From Acidobacteriota bacterium (GTDB lineage: Bacteria; Acidobacteriota; UBA6911; RPQK01; JAJDTT01), in NCBI GenBank assembly GCA_965217775.1, contig CBDCJH010000002.1, positions 1,600,001 through 1,664,000 on the forward strand: a stretch of DNA of 64,000 bases, in the 5' to 3' direction. Shown one piece after another: positions 41,183 to 50,949 of the stretch. The notes under the pieces are model-generated. The model was not told where the DNA came from, ran no database searches, and was given only the letters and a program-made list of their open reading frames with translations. The position numbers and the translations under genes are program-made. Numbering within the stretch: position 1 is the stretch's first letter; every line of letters starts with the position of its first letter.

Positions 41183-42828
41183 GAAAGGCGGTCCTCCTCC
41201 TGTCGCTGTCCGTGGTCCAGGCCTCGAGCCAGACAGGCTCGCTTCAGTTCAGAGAGAGCGCGGCCGAGGCGGGGATCGAATTCCATTTCGTGAGTGGTTC
41301 GCCCGACAAACCATTCATTATCGAATCGATCAGCGGCGGGGTCGCCCTGTTCGACTATGACAACGACGGATGGCTGGACATCTATCTGGTCAACGGGAAC
41401 ACCGTCGAGGAGTTTCTGAAAGCAAAACGCACCGTCCGGAACGCCCTCTACCGGAACCGGGGAGACGGCACATTCCTTGACGTCACGCTCCAGGCCGGCG
41501 TCTCGGGAGGCCCGTGGGACATGGGAGCGGTGGCGGCCGATGTGGACAACGACGGCTTCAAGGATCTCTTTCTCACCGGGTTCGATCGAAACACGTTGTT
41601 CCGAAACAACGGCGACGGCAGCTTCAGCGACATTACGGCCTCGTCGGGTCTGGCCGACAAGCGGTGGGGTGCCGGCGCCGCTTTCGGCGACTATGACGCG
41701 GACGGCTTGCTCGACCTGTACGTGGCCCGTTACGTGGAGTTCGAACCGCGCCATCCTCCCCCTCCCACGCCTAAGTTTTGCAGTTACCGGGGGATCTCTG
41801 TCCAATGCGGGCCCCGCGGCATGCCGGGAGCGGAAGATTCGCTCTACAAGAACCTGGGTGGCGGCCGGTTCCGGGACGTGAGCCGAGAGGCCGGCATTTT
41901 GACCGGTTCCACCTACTACGGCTTGGGTTGCATATGGTTCGACTACGACGATGATGGCGATCAGGACATTTTCGTGGCCAACGATTCCTGTCCCAACTTC
42001 CTGTTCCGGAACGAGAAGGGCCGATTCGTCGAGGTGGCGATGGAGTCCGGGGTTGCACTGGGCGAAAACGGAAATGAACAGGACGGCATGGGGATCGCGG
42101 TGGGAGACGTGAACCGCGACGGACGGCTCGATCTGGTGCAAACCAACTTCTCGGAGGACAACAACACGCTGTACGTGAACCGGGGATCCTTCTTCACGGA
42201 CTCCAGTTACCGGTGGGGACTGGGGGAGACCACCTGGCAATACCTGGGCTGGGGGACCTTCCTCTTCGATGCGGACCTGGACGGGTGGCTCGACCTCTTC
42301 ATCGCCAACGGGCACGTCTATCCCCAAGTGGACAAACATCAGATTGGGACCTCTCTCCGGCAGCGCGATCTTCTCTTCCGAAACGAAGAGGGACGGCGGC
42401 TGGTCGAGGTGGGCCGGCAGGCGGGTCTGGTCAAGCTGGAGAACACCCGTGGAGCGGCGGTGGGGGACCTGAACAATGACGGCAAAGCGGACATCGTCGT
42501 CAACCACATGGATTCGTCCGCCGGCCTGTACTGGAACCGGACCCAGACCGGAAGGCGGCACTGGATCGGCTTCAAGTTGACCGGATCGGTCTCCAACCGC
42601 GACGCGGTGGGCGCCCGCGTGACGGTTACCGCAGGGGGTCTCCGGCAAGTAGCCGTTGTGCGGAGCGGCTCCAGCTACCTCTCCCACAACGATCACCGGC
42701 TTCTGTTCGGGACCGGGAATCACGAGATCGATGAAGTGACGATTCGCTGGCCCAGCGGCAGGATGCAGACTCTGAGAGATTGGAAGCTCGACACCTACAA
42801 CCAAGTGCCTGAGCCGCGTGGCCCCTGA
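41179..42828 (+). CDS. CRTAC1 family protein (FG-GAP repeats + ASPIC/UnbV)
   Basis: DYDNDGWLDIY repeats, SNRDAVGARV, GSSYLSHND.RLLFG. Confidence 0.9.
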   Translation: MRKAVLLLSLSVVQASSQTGSLQFRESAAEAGIEFHFVSGSPDKPFIIESISGGVALFDYDNDGWLDIYLVNGNTVEEFLKAKRTVRNALYRNRGDGTFLDVTLQAGVSGGPWDMGAVAADVDNDGFKDLFLTGFDRNTLFRNNGDGSFSDITASSGLADKRWGAGAAFGDYDADGLLDLYVARYVEFEPRHPPPPTPKFCSYRGISVQCGPRGMPGAEDSLYKNLGGGRFRDVSREAGILTGSTYYGLGCIWFDYDDDGDQDIFVANDSCPNFLFRNEKGRFVEVAMESGVALGENGNEQDGMGIAVGDVNRDGRLDLVQTNFSEDNNTLYVNRGSFFTDSSYRWGLGETTWQYLGWGTFLFDADLDGWLDLFIANGHVYPQVDKHQIGTSLRQRDLLFRNEEGRRLVEVGRQAGLVKLENTRGAAVGDLNNDGKADIVVNHMDSSAGLYWNRTQTGRRHWIGFKLTGSVSNRDAVGARVTVTAGGLRQVAVVRSGSSYLSHNDHRLLFGTGNHEIDEVTIRWPSGRMQTLRDWKLDTYNQVPEPRGP

Positions 42829-42851
42829 ACTGGCGGCATGCCATTTTCGCC

Positions 42852-42880
42852 TTGCAACGTGACACGGTGCACGTTATATT
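42852..42880 (+). promoter_or_regulatory. Sigma70-type promoter with palindromic operator for the higBA operon
   Basis: TTGCAA-17 bp-TATATT, overlapped by the palindrome AACGTG-N8-CACGTT. Confidence 0.7.
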
Positions 42881-42886
42881 TCTGGC

Positions 42887-43321
42887 ATCCGGTTCGCACA
42901 CAGAGGGCTGCGGAGATTCTACCAGCCCGTGGCAAAAGTCGTCACGGCATTCGACCGTCCCTGCATCCCGGCGGACTGCGTTGCGATTCGGTCACATACA
43001 CCCGGTATGCTCCCGAATCGCGCCTTGTCCGGCGGGCGCAGGAACGGTCTCGGTGCTCGCGAGACTTTCACCACGGACTGCTACGAGCGGGACGATGCTC
43101 GCGGGCTGAACGCCGAACATGTACCCCGAATCAGACGTGCGCTGACCGCTCTGCAAGATGCACGCTCGCCTCGGAACCTGGACCTTCCTGGTTGGCGGCT
43201 TCACCGGCTCAAAGGGAATCGTCGCGGGCAATGGAGCGTGCGCATATCTGGAAATTGGAGAATTGTGTTCCGCTTCGAATACGGCGAGGCGGTCGATATC
43301 GAATTGATCGACTACCACTGA
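42887..43321 (+). pseudogene. higB: HigB/RelE-like toxin carrying an in-frame MITE insertion; no canonical start codon seen
   Basis: IRFAHRGLRRFY-[54-codon insertion]-ERDDARG…LHRLKGNRRGQWSVRISGNWRIVFRF…IDYH. Confidence 0.85.
42923..43080 (-). mobile_element. MITE-A copy 5 (158 bp), inside higB
   Basis: CTAC duplicated on both sides. Confidence 0.93.
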
Positions 43322-43332
43322 GGAGGCGTGAA

Positions 43333-43593
43333 ATGGCCATGCGCAACCCATCGCACCCTGGAGAACTGATCCGTGAGAGCATGGAGGCAAAAGGCTGGAC
43401 AGTGACACAGTGCGCCCAGCACCTTGGCGTGGCCCGAAATACTTTGTCACGAACGCTGAACGGACGCGCTGGTGTTTCGCCCAGAATGGCTCTGGCCTTG
43501 GAGCGCATCGGTTGGAGCGATGCCGAACATTGGGTGCGGATGCAAGGGAGCTACGATCTGGCGCAGGCTCGACTGAGAGACGCAGCGGCGTGA
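43333..43593 (+). CDS. higA: HigA family antitoxin (XRE HTH)
   Basis: MRNPSHPGELIRE, LGVARNTLSRTLNGRAGVSPRMALAL, WVRMQGSYDL; AGGAGG RBS. Confidence 0.93.
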   Translation: MAMRNPSHPGELIRESMEAKGWTVTQCAQHLGVARNTLSRTLNGRAGVSPRMALALERIGWSDAEHWVRMQGSYDLAQARLRDAAA

Positions 43594-43652
43594 GTCCAGC
43601 TTCAACTCCGGGTTTCAGTCTATTGTTTGCAGCGTTGACGTGGGGGAGGGAA

Positions 43653-44723
43653 ATGCGAATTCGGACTCTCTTGAGCGTTGTCTTGATCGCTTCCGTTGTC
43701 TGGCTACCCGGATGCCAGGCTGAGGAACCGGCGCCTCAGCTGCCTTTCTACAGAATTCCGCGAGACATCCAGGCCTTCTCACCGCAACCGATACGGGGGG
43801 AGGGAGTTCGGCCCAAGCTCATGGAGTTGTTGGGACTGGAGAGTCTGCCGACGATAGTAGCGGTCAATCGGGAAGAAACCGTTCCCGGTGACGACGGCGT
43901 CGATTCGACCCGCATCAGCTTCCTCAATTCACTGGGGGAGACCGTTCCCGGTCTTCTGATGATTCCCCAGGGGGCGGGACCGGAGACACTTCCCGGTATC
44001 GTCTGCATGCCCGGCACCAGCGGCAGCGTGGACCAGATCAGCGACGAACGTCTTTACCGGGAGGCCGATGGCCAGGGCCCGTTGAGGGGTTGGGCCCGGG
44101 AGCTGGCCCGAAGGGGATTCGCCACGCTCGCCATCAACGAGAAGGGAACCGTGATTCGGCGCCGGGTGTTCGAGGACTGGGAAAGAGAAGCCAAGATGCT
44201 GATCCCCTACGGACGGACCCAGATGGGCGTCCTGGTGGAGGAGGCCCTGAAAGCGGCGCGGGTGCTGGCGGCCGAGCCGGCGGTCGACCCGTCACGGGTC
44301 GGGCTCACGGGATTCTCGCTGGGCAGCTACGCGACCTGGATGGCCGCGGCCTGCGATCCCTCGATCCCCACGGTGGCGGTACTCTGCGGCGGTCTGGGTA
44401 CCCTCGCCGCCGTGATCCATGAGGGGGACCCGGACCGGTCCAGCTCCTTCAGCTACATCCCCCACATGTTGCGGTATTTCGACCATCCGGAGATCGTCGC
44501 CGCCGCCATCGCTCCCCGGCCCCTGATGATGCTGGCGCCCTTGCGGGACCCCGACATGCCCCGGTCGGGCGTGGACCGGCTCATCGAAGTGGTTCGCCCC
44601 GTCTACGAGGCACAGGGAATGGCGGACCGTTTTATGGTCTACCGCCCCGACGACGGCCACAACTTTCGCATCGAGTACTTCGAGTGGGTCGTCGAGTGGT
44701 TCAAAGCTCAGCTCGGAGAATGA
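43653..44723 (+). CDS. Alpha/beta hydrolase (dienelactone hydrolase / acetyl xylan esterase-like), probable lipoprotein
   Basis: VDPSRVGLTGFSLG nucleophile motif, IAPRPL, DGHNF. Confidence 0.85.
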   Translation: MRIRTLLSVVLIASVVWLPGCQAEEPAPQLPFYRIPRDIQAFSPQPIRGEGVRPKLMELLGLESLPTIVAVNREETVPGDDGVDSTRISFLNSLGETVPGLLMIPQGAGPETLPGIVCMPGTSGSVDQISDERLYREADGQGPLRGWARELARRGFATLAINEKGTVIRRRVFEDWEREAKMLIPYGRTQMGVLVEEALKAARVLAAEPAVDPSRVGLTGFSLGSYATWMAAACDPSIPTVAVLCGGLGTLAAVIHEGDPDRSSSFSYIPHMLRYFDHPEIVAAAIAPRPLMMLAPLRDPDMPRSGVDRLIEVVRPVYEAQGMADRFMVYRPDDGHNFRIEYFEWVVEWFKAQLGE

Positions 44724-44736
44724 CTCTCCGGGGAGA

Positions 44737-45522
44737 TCAATACCACCACCGTTCGTAGGCCAGGAACCCTCCGTCGACGACGATGGCCGTCCCGTTGACG
44801 TAGGTGCATTCGTCCGACGCCAGAAAGACCGCGGCCGACGCCACCTCCTCGGGCTTGCCCGGCCGCCTCAGCGGCACCGACTTCTCGATCCCGGTGCGCC
44901 TTCGCTCCTCGCTGAAAATGGGCAGGGCGCCTTCCGTCGCCGTCATTCCCGGCGCGATGGCATTGACGACGATCTTATGGTCGCCCAGCTCCACGGCCAT
45001 GGACCGGGTCAGGCCCATGACTCCGTGCTTGGCCGCGACGTAGTTGGCGCCCCCCAGATCGGCGCCGAAGCTGGCGGTGGACGCGATGTTGATGATCCGC
45101 CCCTCGATGCCACGCTGGACCATGTAGCGGGCCACGGCCTGGCTGCAGATGAAGAGACTGGTGAGGTTGATGTCGATGACCCGTCTCCAACTCTCCAAAT
45201 CGAGTTCCAGACATTGTGCAAACAGCTGCGGGTGATGCACCGCGGTCACGCCGGCATTGTTGACCAGGACGTCGATGCGCCCAAACTTCTCGGCGCAGGT
45301 CTCGACCAGATTCAGCACCTGGTCCGGAACGGTCACATCGGTGGGAATGGAAACGGCCTCACCCCCCTGGGCGGAGATTTCCTGACAGGTTCGGTCCCCG
45401 GCTTCGGGTCGGATCTCGCCGATCGCGACCCTGGCCCCCTCGGCAGCAAAGCGGAGTGCGATGCCACGGCCCAAACCGGTGCCGCCGCCGGTGACGATGG
45501 CCACCTTTCCGTCAAGTCGCAT
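44737..45522 (-). CDS. SDR family NAD(P)-dependent oxidoreductase
   Basis: TGGGTGLG, NNAG, YVAAK, VNAIAPG, VDGG. Confidence 0.93.
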   Translation of the reverse strand: MRLDGKVAIVTGGGTGLGRGIALRFAAEGARVAIGEIRPEAGDRTCQEISAQGGEAVSIPTDVTVPDQVLNLVETCAEKFGRIDVLVNNAGVTAVHHPQLFAQCLELDLESWRRVIDINLTSLFICSQAVARYMVQRGIEGRIINIASTASFGADLGGANYVAAKHGVMGLTRSMAVELGDHKIVVNAIAPGMTATEGALPIFSEERRRTGIEKSVPLRRPGKPEEVASAAVFLASDECTYVNGTAIVVDGGFLAYERWWY

Positions 45523-45764
45523 GGGGAGTGATTCCTCCAATCTCGAAGCTGGGAGACTGACGGGCCGGCCTTGGCCTCTTGATCCCGGCCGGACGCTCTC
45601 CGAGACTTCTAAAACGCCTTGGAGACTAGCACCCACCGGCACCGGAGACCAGTGAATCGGCCCTTGCGAGGTTGACAGCGTCCCAGTCCTTGCCAGTATG
45701 GACGCGCCGGAATACTCTTGACCGCTCCGGCGGCGAGACTGCACGCGAAAGAAGGAGATTTCGG

Positions 45765-47519
45765 ATGCGATCGGAGGGAAGAGAAGTGTCCTTGTTTGAA
45801 GCTCCGATCGCAAAATCCACATGGCGGCGTCTGCTGCTGGCAGGGTCTCTGAGCTTGTCGAGCTTATGCGTTGTCCGGCCGGCGTTGGGATCGGAGAACC
45901 CCGGATCCGGGATCGTCGACCTGTCCCTGATGGTGGCTCCCAACCTGCCGGCCACTTGGCCTCACCCCAAGGTCCCCAATTTCCAGATCAGTCACTACCT
46001 GAAGATCGGTCCCGGGGGAGCTTACAACAGCGATATTCTGACCATCGACGGCAACACCGGCACGCAACTGGACGTGCCGCCCCATTCGGTGGCGCGTCCC
46101 GAACTGGGTTTCCCCAACTCGGGGCCGTACGGACACATGTTCATCGACCGGGTCCCCCCCTGGCAGTTCGGCGGCGAGGCCTGTGTCGTGGATCTGAGAT
46201 CCCTTCGCGACGCCGCTCCAAAGGGGCACAGCGCCCTCATCGAAAGGAAGCATATCGAGGCCTGGGAGAGGGAACACCGGCCTCTACGGCCGGGCGATGT
46301 CGTCCTCTTCTACTCGGGCTACAGCGACCACTACTACAAGCCGTTACCAAGAGGCCGCCGCTTCATCGCCGCGGCCCTCGACGGCGACACTCCGGGTTGG
46401 CCCGATCCCAGCCCCGATTGCATGGAGTACCTGGCCGGCCGCGGCGTCAGAGCCCTGGGTACCGACAGTCCCAGCATGGGCCCGTTGCCGGATCTGGCCG
46501 AGCCCACGCACTACGCCGGCCTCAAGCACGGAATGATCTGGACCGAAGGCGTTATCGGGCTCGGGAAGCTACCCTCGACCGGCGCGTTCTATTGCATGTT
46601 GGGACCCAAACATTCCGGCGCGCCCTTTGGAGAAGGAAGAGCCTTCGCCATCGTGGAGAAACCGCTCGCGGCCCGGCTCGTCGATTCGGTGCGAAAGATG
46701 CGGGTGGTTGACCTTTCGGTGACCCTGGCGCCCGAGCTGCCCGTGACCTGGCCTGGAACCGCCACCGGGGAGCACCGCCATCCGTATCACCGGCTGGATT
46801 TCTGGTACATACCGCACCTCGATCTCCACAACCACACCCACATGTTGGACAGCCATGCCGGGACCCATCTGGTGCCGCCCTCGTATGCCCTGCCTCCCCC
46901 GGGATTCGACAACTCCAGCTATCCGCCGCGGGTTCAAGGATGGCTCGCCGAGTACGAGCGAGAGTACGGAACTCGAGGCACCAGCCAAGTCACCACCGAG
47001 CAGGTCCCCCTGTCCCAGACCATGGGCCCGGCCCGAGTCATCGACGTCCGGCATCTGCTGGGCTCGGTGGATTCGGATCGTTGGCCCGATTCCCCGAAAA
47101 TCACGGTCGCAGACATACGCAGATATGAAGCGGAGCGGGGCACCCTGAATCCAGGCGATATCGTCCTCTTTCACAGCGGCCACGTCCCTCGAACGTTCAA
47201 GCCCCACGCCGAAGGGGAGGCCTGCATGAGCGCTCCTCTGCAGGGAAAGAGTGAAGGCTGGCCGGCGCCAGGTCCCGAGGCCATCGCCTACCTGGCAGAG
47301 AAGGGAATCCGTTGCGTCGGCACCGACGGCCCGTCGCTGGGGGGTGTGAACCCCCAAAAGGCGCTGGCGACCTACTGGGCCTTGGGAACTCGGGGAATGG
47401 TCGGTGTCGAGTTTCTGACCCACGTGGGGGAAGTCCCGGAGGGAGCTTTTTTTCTCTTCGCCCCGGTAAAAATTCGAGGCTGTCACGGGGGACCGGGACG
47501 AGCCATCGCCCTATATTGA
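45765..47519 (+). CDS. Cyclase family (kynurenine formamidase-like) protein with two tandem domains
   Basis: Two repeats of VDLS…GT(Q/H)L…PGD(V/I)VLF…GTD(S/G)PS. Confidence 0.85.
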   Translation: MRSEGREVSLFEAPIAKSTWRRLLLAGSLSLSSLCVVRPALGSENPGSGIVDLSLMVAPNLPATWPHPKVPNFQISHYLKIGPGGAYNSDILTIDGNTGTQLDVPPHSVARPELGFPNSGPYGHMFIDRVPPWQFGGEACVVDLRSLRDAAPKGHSALIERKHIEAWEREHRPLRPGDVVLFYSGYSDHYYKPLPRGRRFIAAALDGDTPGWPDPSPDCMEYLAGRGVRALGTDSPSMGPLPDLAEPTHYAGLKHGMIWTEGVIGLGKLPSTGAFYCMLGPKHSGAPFGEGRAFAIVEKPLAARLVDSVRKMRVVDLSVTLAPELPVTWPGTATGEHRHPYHRLDFWYIPHLDLHNHTHMLDSHAGTHLVPPSYALPPPGFDNSSYPPRVQGWLAEYEREYGTRGTSQVTTEQVPLSQTMGPARVIDVRHLLGSVDSDRWPDSPKITVADIRRYEAERGTLNPGDIVLFHSGHVPRTFKPHAEGEACMSAPLQGKSEGWPAPGPEAIAYLAEKGIRCVGTDGPSLGGVNPQKALATYWALGTRGMVGVEFLTHVGEVPEGAFFLFAPVKIRGCHGGPGRAIALY

Positions 47520-47550
47520 GTTGGACAGGTAGAATCCCCACGAGTTGTCG

Positions 47551-48453
47551 ATGCGTTGCGTTCGTTTCATCTCTGTCCTGGGTTTCGGACTGACTCTGGG
47601 ATGCGGAGAGGCGCCGCCTCCGGAGACGTCGGAGCCGTACGAATTCACCTACGACTGGTTCACCAGCGCCGTTCCCGTCTGGACCCGGGTGTTGGCTCCC
47701 TACGCCGGACGGCCGGACATCCACTATTTGGAGGTGGGCGTCTTCGAGGGCCGATCCGCCATCTGGATGTTGAACAATATTCTGACCCATCCTACTTCAA
47801 AACTCACTGGAATAGATCTTTTTCCTGGGGACTTGAAGGAACGCTACTGGGCCAACCTCCAACTCTCCGGCGCCGCCGAGAAGGCCATCACCATCACCGG
47901 GCGGTCACAGGTCGAGCTCCGAAACCTGAAGCCCGATTCCTACGACATCATCTATATCGACGGTGGACACACGGGCGACATGGTCCTCGCGGATGCCGTG
48001 TTGTCCTGGGATCTGCTCAAGGTGGGGGGGCTCCTGATCTTCGACGACTACCGGTGGAAGAGAGAGGAATACCCGGCCGAAGTCCGGCCGGGCGTGAGTA
48101 TCGAGGCGTTCATCACAGCCTATCGGAACTTTCTGGAGTTGGTGCACCTGGACTACCAGGCCATCGTCCGCAAGCAGAAAGGTCCTGATCTGGCCGATCC
48201 GTACCTGACCATCCTCGGGGACTACGCCTACGCGTGGGAGGCTCGGGAACTCCGCCGCCGGGATGACGGGGAGCGGGTGGACCTTTCCGAAGCCGAGCGG
48301 GACCTCCTGGAGGACCTGATCCGGTCCCGCCCATTCGGAGAGACGGCCTTCGTGGCCGGTCCGGCTCAGGCTCTGGACAACGAACTCAGGGCCCTGGTCC
48401 ATCGTCTGGACCTGGAGCTGGACCTGAGGTGGATGGCAGGCGAAAACCCTTGA
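47551..48453 (+). CDS. Class I SAM-dependent methyltransferase (Methyltransf_24-like) with lipoprotein-like N-terminus
   Basis: LEVGVFEGRS, IYIDGGH, LKVGGLLIFDDY. Confidence 0.85.
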   Translation: MRCVRFISVLGFGLTLGCGEAPPPETSEPYEFTYDWFTSAVPVWTRVLAPYAGRPDIHYLEVGVFEGRSAIWMLNNILTHPTSKLTGIDLFPGDLKERYWANLQLSGAAEKAITITGRSQVELRNLKPDSYDIIYIDGGHTGDMVLADAVLSWDLLKVGGLLIFDDYRWKREEYPAEVRPGVSIEAFITAYRNFLELVHLDYQAIVRKQKGPDLADPYLTILGDYAYAWEARELRRRDDGERVDLSEAERDLLEDLIRSRPFGETAFVAGPAQALDNELRALVHRLDLELDLRWMAGENP

Positions 48454-48510
48454 AACAGGCAGTCCGTGGTTCACTTGCGAGCACGCGCTGAAGACAACAT
48501 TCCTGCGTGA

Positions 48511-49689
48511 TTATCGCGTCCTCCGGTGAAAAACGCGGACCAGATTTCGGCCCAACCCCAGCAGGAACAGGGCGCCAGCCAAAAGGCTGATTCCCATGCA
48601 TGCGTGGAGCATTGCCGGGACCCCGACACTCTCTGCCACCGGGCCCAGAAGCCATCCCGCCACCGAGTTTCCCAAATCCAGGGCGCTGAAGTAGACGGCG
48701 ATGATCCGTGCACGATTCTCGTGGCCGGTGTGGTCCGAGACGAACGTGGTCATGGCGGTCATGTAGGCGCCGAAACCGGCTCCGTAGACGAATCCAGCGG
48801 CAGCCAGCGTGCCCATGGACTCGACTTCTCCGATCAGGAAAACACCGGCGATCAGTAGGATCTGGGCCATGAATCCGGCCGGGAGACGGCCGAAGCGGTC
48901 GGAAACTTGTCCCGAGACCAAGCGGCCCGAAAGAGCGGCCAGGGCAAAGCAGGTGAAGAAAACACCGCTGTTCCCGGTCAGGGTCCGACTCACGTGCAGG
49001 GGCAGAAAATAGAACGCTCCGCCGTGCACCAGCGCGTTCAGAAAGAGCAGCGTCGTCGCGACCAGAACGGGTCGGCCGACGCCGTGAACCCGTTCCCGGC
49101 CCGTCGGAGGATGGAGACTCTCGGGATGGACCTCTTCCACCACCCGCGAGAGTAGAGCGAGGCCGATCAGCGTCACGCCGGCAACGGTGGCAAAGAGGAC
49201 GTCGGCTCCCGCCCGCTCCAAAAGGATCACGGCCAACAACGGACCCGCCGACAGCACCGATGTGTGGCTCATCCCCAGGTAGGACAGGGACCGGCCTCGA
49301 CGCCGCTTGGGAGTCTGATCGATGGCCATGGTCGTGGTTGCCGTGATCAGCAGGGAGGACCCGATCCCTTGAAGAAACCGAAAAAGGACGTACCACGAGA
49401 CCTGCGGAACCCACGAGTAGAAGAGGACGGAGCCGCAGATGAGCAACGCTCCCAGGATGGCCACCCGTTTGCGGGACCGGGAGCCAAGCAGCCATGTCGC
49501 CAATGGTCGTCCCGCCAACACGCCGGCGGCGTAGCTTCCCATCACGAACCCGATCCGGCTCACCTCCACGTTCCGGCCGGCCAAGACCAAGGGGAGCCCG
49601 ATCAGGAGCAGGGCATGACAACAGGAGAAACAGACCCGGGCGGCCAGAAGGCGTCCGAAAGAAGTCAAAAACACTTTACTGGACGTCAT
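48511..49689 (-). CDS. MFS transporter
   Basis: About 12 TM helices; GQVSDRFGR, RFLQGIG. Confidence 0.88.
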   Translation of the reverse strand: MTSSKVFLTSFGRLLAARVCFSCCHALLLIGLPLVLAGRNVEVSRIGFVMGSYAAGVLAGRPLATWLLGSRSRKRVAILGALLICGSVLFYSWVPQVSWYVLFRFLQGIGSSLLITATTTMAIDQTPKRRRGRSLSYLGMSHTSVLSAGPLLAVILLERAGADVLFATVAGVTLIGLALLSRVVEEVHPESLHPPTGRERVHGVGRPVLVATTLLFLNALVHGGAFYFLPLHVSRTLTGNSGVFFTCFALAALSGRLVSGQVSDRFGRLPAGFMAQILLIAGVFLIGEVESMGTLAAAGFVYGAGFGAYMTAMTTFVSDHTGHENRARIIAVYFSALDLGNSVAGWLLGPVAESVGVPAMLHACMGISLLAGALFLLGLGRNLVRVFHRRTR

Positions 49690-49731
49690 ATCCGAGACGT
49701 TATCTAAAGCTCTACCTAAGCACTATCCCGG

Positions 49732-50949
49732 TCAACCGGAAAGCCGTATCCCGAAACAGGTGAGTAGCGGAGCGAGAACGGTATGGATCTCGAACGCCTT
49801 TCCGGCGGCACGGTTCTGGGATGCGATCCTTTGGTACCGGATCTCATCCCGGAACAGACCCCGGATCGCCTCAGACCAGTATTCGTGGCTGGTCAGGGAT
49901 TCGCACCAGAGCCGGTTTTCCTCCCCGACGGCCTCCCGGATTCCCCCGGAACGGGGTCCCGCACAATAAAGCACCGGCGTGCCTCTGGAGGCGAAGGTGA
50001 CGGAGGAGCTGCTGATGGCCTCGGTAAAGGGCTCCTTCCGCTCCAGACCGGATCCCATGAGCATGAGGTCCGTCCGGGCCGCCAGGGCCAGGACTTCCGG
50101 AAAGGAAAGGGGGCCGACCCAGGCGCGGCCTTCCGAGATCCGGTCGCCCAGGACTTGGCGGATCCGGCTCCGTTCGGCGCCGGAACCCGCCATCACCGCC
50201 CGGACGGACAGTTCCCGTTTCAACAGCGAGTCCAGGACCTCGGCAACCTTGAGAGCTCCTTTTTCCGCCGCCATCCGCCCGGCAAAAGCCACCAGCCGCC
50301 CCTCGACTGGCGGATCTCCGGGGAACAGTCTCTGCTCCAGACCCCGGGCTGCCGCCTCGAGAGTCTCCGGGGAAAAAGGATGGAATGTCACCGGCGCCAC
50401 GACTCCCGTCACAGGCAGGCCGATCTTCTTGGCCAGATCTTCAAGCCAGCCGGAGACGGTGAAGATGGCGTCGCACTGTTCCAGGGCCCGGCGGTATCGG
50501 CGGCCCGAATAAGTCTCTCCCCACGTTCTGCCCAACTCCAATGTATCGGTTCCCCGGAGCAGGCTCACCACCGGGATCGGCGGATCGAGACAGACGTTGA
50601 GGACATCCGCCATATAGCTCAGCGGAGAGATGGCCAGGACTCCCCGCACCCCGTCCGGGTACTCGCGAAGGATGCCGTCCACGGAATCGGCCACCACGCA
50701 GGAGCTCAGGCTGTGGGGCACTTTGGCCATGGGCTCGTACTGAACCTCGACGCGCCGGTAGCGGGAAGCGGCGACCGGGGGCGTGATCCGGACACTGTGG
50801 CGGGAGCCCTCCCGGGAGGAATGGGTGACGTGGACGACGGGAATTCCGGCCCGTCCCGCCAGAAATTCCGACAGTTGCCAGGAGAAAATGCTGTGTCCCG
50901 ACAGATAGGAATCAGGATTGCGGGAGATGATGACCAGCGGTTTGCTCAT
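49732..50949 (-). CDS. Glycosyltransferase family 4 (GT-B), divergent
   Basis: RGTD, FTVSGWL, FAGRMAAEKG, AGSG, GGIREAV. Confidence 0.75.
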   Translation of the reverse strand: MSKPLVIISRNPDSYLSGHSIFSWQLSEFLAGRAGIPVVHVTHSSREGSRHSVRITPPVAASRYRRVEVQYEPMAKVPHSLSSCVVADSVDGILREYPDGVRGVLAISPLSYMADVLNVCLDPPIPVVSLLRGTDTLELGRTWGETYSGRRYRRALEQCDAIFTVSGWLEDLAKKIGLPVTGVVAPVTFHPFSPETLEAAARGLEQRLFPGDPPVEGRLVAFAGRMAAEKGALKVAEVLDSLLKRELSVRAVMAGSGAERSRIRQVLGDRISEGRAWVGPLSFPEVLALAARTDLMLMGSGLERKEPFTEAISSSSVTFASRGTPVLYCAGPRSGGIREAVGEENRLWCESLTSHEYWSEAIRGLFRDEIRYQRIASQNRAAGKAFEIHTVLAPLLTCFGIRLSG

